A DNA stretch of 64,000 bases from Opitutia bacterium (GTDB lineage Bacteria; Verrucomicrobiota; Verrucomicrobiia; Opitutales; Seribacteraceae), in contig JABGWU010000370.1 in the NCBI GenBank assembly GCA_018645475.1, positions 502 through 64,501 of the forward strand, read 5' to 3'. Under the pieces are notes generated by a model, which made no database searches, was not told the origin of the DNA, and saw nothing but the letters and a program-made list of their open reading frames with translations. Position numbers and translations under genes: made by a program. Numbering within the stretch: position 1 is the first letter of the stretch; the number at the start of each line of letters is the position of its first letter. Of this stretch, positions 61,293-64,000 are shown in pieces.

Positions 61293-64000
61293 ATGACATT
61301 ACCTCAAAAACAAGGTCTTTACGACCCATCGAATGAACATGAAAACTGTGGCATCGGTTTAATTGTCGACATGAAGGGCAACCGTTCCCATGAAATTGTT
61401 AAAGGTGCACTTGAAATTTGTGTAAACCTTGACCATCGCGGTGGCTGTGGTTGCGACCCCATAACAGGTGATGGTGCGGGAATTTTTATTCAACTTCCTC
61501 ACAAGTTTTTATCAGAGGCTTGCTCCAATGATATTTCAGTTAACCTTCCTGATGAAGGTGATTATGGTGCGGCTTTTATTTATTTATCAAAAGATCCTGA
61601 ACTAAATGTTCATGAAAAGGAAGTGATTGCAGAAGTTTTATCAGAGGAGGGTATTGAAATTATCGGTTGGAGGGTTGTTCCTGTCAAAAGTGAAATTTTG
61701 GGAAAAGCATCAGCGGAGTGTGAACCTGCTATGGAGCAACTTTTTGTCAAAAGACCACCCGAATTAGAGAGTGGTTTGCCATTTGAACGCAAGCTGTACC
61801 TAGTTCGTAGAATTATAAGTCATCGATTAAGGTTTAGTTCCAATGATCCCGATGTCAGTTTTCATGTTAGTTCTTTTTCCTCAAAGACTATGACTTACAA
61901 GGGAATGTTAACTACCCAGCAATTAACTGATTACTTTCCTGACCTCTCGAATCCATTGATGGAGTCTGCACTTGCACTAACTCATTCTAGATTTTCTACT
62001 AACACTTTTCCCAGTTGGCATAGGGCTCAACCATTTAGATACTTATGCCACAATGGAGAAATTAATACTGTTCGGGGAAATGAAAATTGGTTGTATGCAC
62101 GCCAACTTCAACTTGCTAGTGATGTTTTTGGAGATGATGTAAAAAAGCTTTTACCCATCATTAGAGAGGATGGATCTGATTCGCAAAAATTTGATAATTG
62201 TTTAGAGTTTTTGATTTTATCCGGACGTAGTCTTTCTCACGCAATGATGATGATGATTCCAGAACCTTGGGAAAAACATCAGGATATGCCAAAATTTAAA
62301 AGAGATTTCTATGAATTTCATGCATGCGTCATGGAACCATGGGATGGTCCCGCATCCATTGCTTTTTCTGACGGAACTCAAATTGGTGCGGTGCTAGATC
62401 GTAACGGACTAAGACCATCCCGTTATTATGTTACCAAAAATAACCAAGTTATTCTTGCATCTGAAGTTGGTGTACTGCCTTCAATAGATCCATCTACGAT
62501 TGTTAAAAAGGGACGCCTTGAACCTGGTAGAATGTTTCTGATCGACATGGAAGAGGGTAGGATCATTGACGACATTGAATTAAAGAAATCGATTGCCCAA
62601 GAAGAACCCTATGGTCAGTGGTTGGAGGAATCTATGGTGGACTCGGCTTCTTTACCATTACCGAGAAATACAAAAGAAGATGATTTTTCTTCAATTGTTA
62701 GAGAACAAAAATCGTTTGGTTATACATTCGAAGACTTACGATTTTTAATTGGTCCGAGTGCTCAATCAGGAAAGCAACCTTTAGGTTCGATGGGTAATGA
62801 TTCTCCCTTAGCAGTCCTATCGGACAAATCACAATCGATATATAATTACTTTAAGCAACTGTTTGCTCAGGTTACTAATCCGCCCATTGATCCAATCAGG
62901 GAAGAATTAGTTACTGCATCTATAAGCTTTGTTGGCTCAGAGGGAAATTTAACCAAACCCGGTCCTCAAAGTTGTAGGTTACTCAAATATCAATCTCCAT
63001 TGGTTGATGATACACAAGTAAGTCAACTTAGGGGAAAGTTGCCTTCGGGGTTCATGTCATCAACACTTTCCATGCTTTTCAAGCCCGACAGTTCTAAACT
63101 TCATGGAGAAGATCTCGAAATTGCACTGGAATCTCTATTCAGGAAAGCAGATGAAGCCATTATAGAAGGCGTAAATATTCTTATTCTTTCTGATCGTAAA
63201 CTTTCAACTGATTTTGCTGCAATGCCCGCATTACTAGCATGTTCTGGTTTGCATCATCACTTGATCCGAAATGGTACGAGGACTAAAGTTTCTCTTGTCG
63301 TTGAATCTGGAGAACCTCGAGAAGTTCAACACTTTGCCCTTCTCATTGGTTATGGTGCAGATTTAATAAATCCATATTTGGCGCTAAAAACGGTTCGGCA
63401 TATGATCGAAATGGGAGATATTAATGAAGAACCGATTGATGCATGTAAGAATTTCCTGAAGGCTAATCTTAATGGAGTAATTAAGACTATGTCCAAAATG
63501 GGAATTTCTACAGTGGCTTCATATCGAGGAGCACAGATTTTTGAATCAATAGGATTAAACCAACTGCTTATAGACAAGTATTTCACAAAAACCGCAACTA
63601 GAGTGGAGGGAATTGGTATTGATGCATTAGCTGCTGAAGCTCGTCATCGTCATCATTTTGCATATGCACCCAGACCTGATGAAAAATCCTTACCATTAGA
63701 TCCAGGAGGTGTCTACCAATGGCGTGCGACAGGAGAAAAACATTTGTTCAACCCGACCACAATACACAAGTTACAAAAAGCGACTAGATTGGGGAAATTT
63801 GAAGTATTTAAAGAATATTCCAATGCGGTTAATGATCAATCGCGAGATCTTTTTACTTTACGCGGATTAATGGAATTCAAATTTGATGATCGGAATGAAG
63901 TCCCGTTAGATGAAGTTGAACCAGTTTCCGAGATTGTTAAAAGATTTAAAACAGGAGCAATGTCATATGGATCAATATCGAAGGAAGCTCATGAAAGCCT
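61293..64000 (+). CDS. gltB: Glutamate synthase large subunit, 3'-partial (missing from the ORF track)
   Basis: ATG 61293: [22 protein letters not shown] (catalytic Cys); [12 protein letters not shown]; HNGEINT; MEPWDGPA; [12 protein letters not shown]; [10 protein letters not shown] at the window end. Confidence 0.97.
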   Translation, partial: MTLPQKQGLYDPSNEHENCGIGLIVDMKGNRSHEIVKGALEICVNLDHRGGCGCDPITGDGAGIFIQLPHKFLSEACSNDISVNLPDEGDYGAAFIYLSKDPELNVHEKEVIAEVLSEEGIEIIGWRVVPVKSEILGKASAECEPAMEQLFVKRPPELESGLPFERKLYLVRRIISHRLRFSSNDPDVSFHVSSFSSKTMTYKGMLTTQQLTDYFPDLSNPLMESALALTHSRFSTNTFPSWHRAQPFRYLCHNGEINTVRGNENWLYARQLQLASDVFGDDVKKLLPIIREDGSDSQKFDNCLEFLILSGRSLSHAMMMMIPEPWEKHQDMPKFKRDFYEFHACVMEPWDGPASIAFSDGTQIGAVLDRNGLRPSRYYVTKNNQVILASEVGVLPSIDPSTIVKKGRLEPGRMFLIDMEEGRIIDDIELKKSIAQEEPYGQWLEESMVDSASLPLPRNTKEDDFSSIVREQKSFGYTFEDLRFLIGPSAQSGKQPLGSMGNDSPLAVLSDKSQSIYNYFKQLFAQVTNPPIDPIREELVTASISFVGSEGNLTKPGPQSCRLLKYQSPLVDDTQVSQLRGKLPSGFMSSTLSMLFKPDSSKLHGEDLEIALESLFRKADEAIIEGVNILILSDRKLSTDFAAMPALLACSGLHHHLIRNGTRTKVSLVVESGEPREVQHFALLIGYGADLINPYLALKTVRHMIEMGDINEEPIDACKNFLKANLNGVIKTMSKMGISTVASYRGAQIFESIGLNQLLIDKYFTKTATRVEGIGIDALAAEARHRHHFAYAPRPDEKSLPLDPGGVYQWRATGEKHLFNPTTIHKLQKATRLGKFEVFKEYSNAVNDQSRDLFTLRGLMEFKFDDRNEVPLDEVEPVSEIVKRFKTGAMSYGSISKEAHES

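Overview
AT-rich bacterial chromosome segment, most likely Verrucomicrobiota/Opitutia. This is inferred from the short ATP synthase delta/c subunits, PPi-type PEPCK, a Tat-exported Gfo/Idh/MocA oxidoreductase and overall protein style; it is not proven. Most of the window is housekeeping: atp operon, recA-mnmE-mnmG-trmB, miaB, gmk, gnd, pssA, prmA-purN, dnaJ-grpE, ftsK-rodZ, tRNA-Ile2(CAT), and the 5' part of gltB, which the ORF track misses because it runs off the window. Notable non-routine elements are: (1) a decayed integron cassette array at 1-1470, with one clear attC site whose right end runs into a headless gene fragment; (2) a structured ~160-nt leader RNA candidate in front of a small stand-alone integrase-arm-like protein; (3) two parS-like palindromes inside mnmG; (4) a Wzy/Wza/Wzc polysaccharide locus with an unusual GxxxG-repeat exported protein; (5) an operon of a ~22x36-aa repeat coiled-coil protein, a CyaB-type GAF-GAF-PAS adenylate cyclase and two TPR proteins; and (6) nearby, a fused double-DUF1538 membrane protein with a single-chain triple PII-like protein. 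Elements 5 and 6 are the best candidates for an undescribed cAMP/PII signalling system. All calls come from reading the sequence and recalling motifs; no searches were run.
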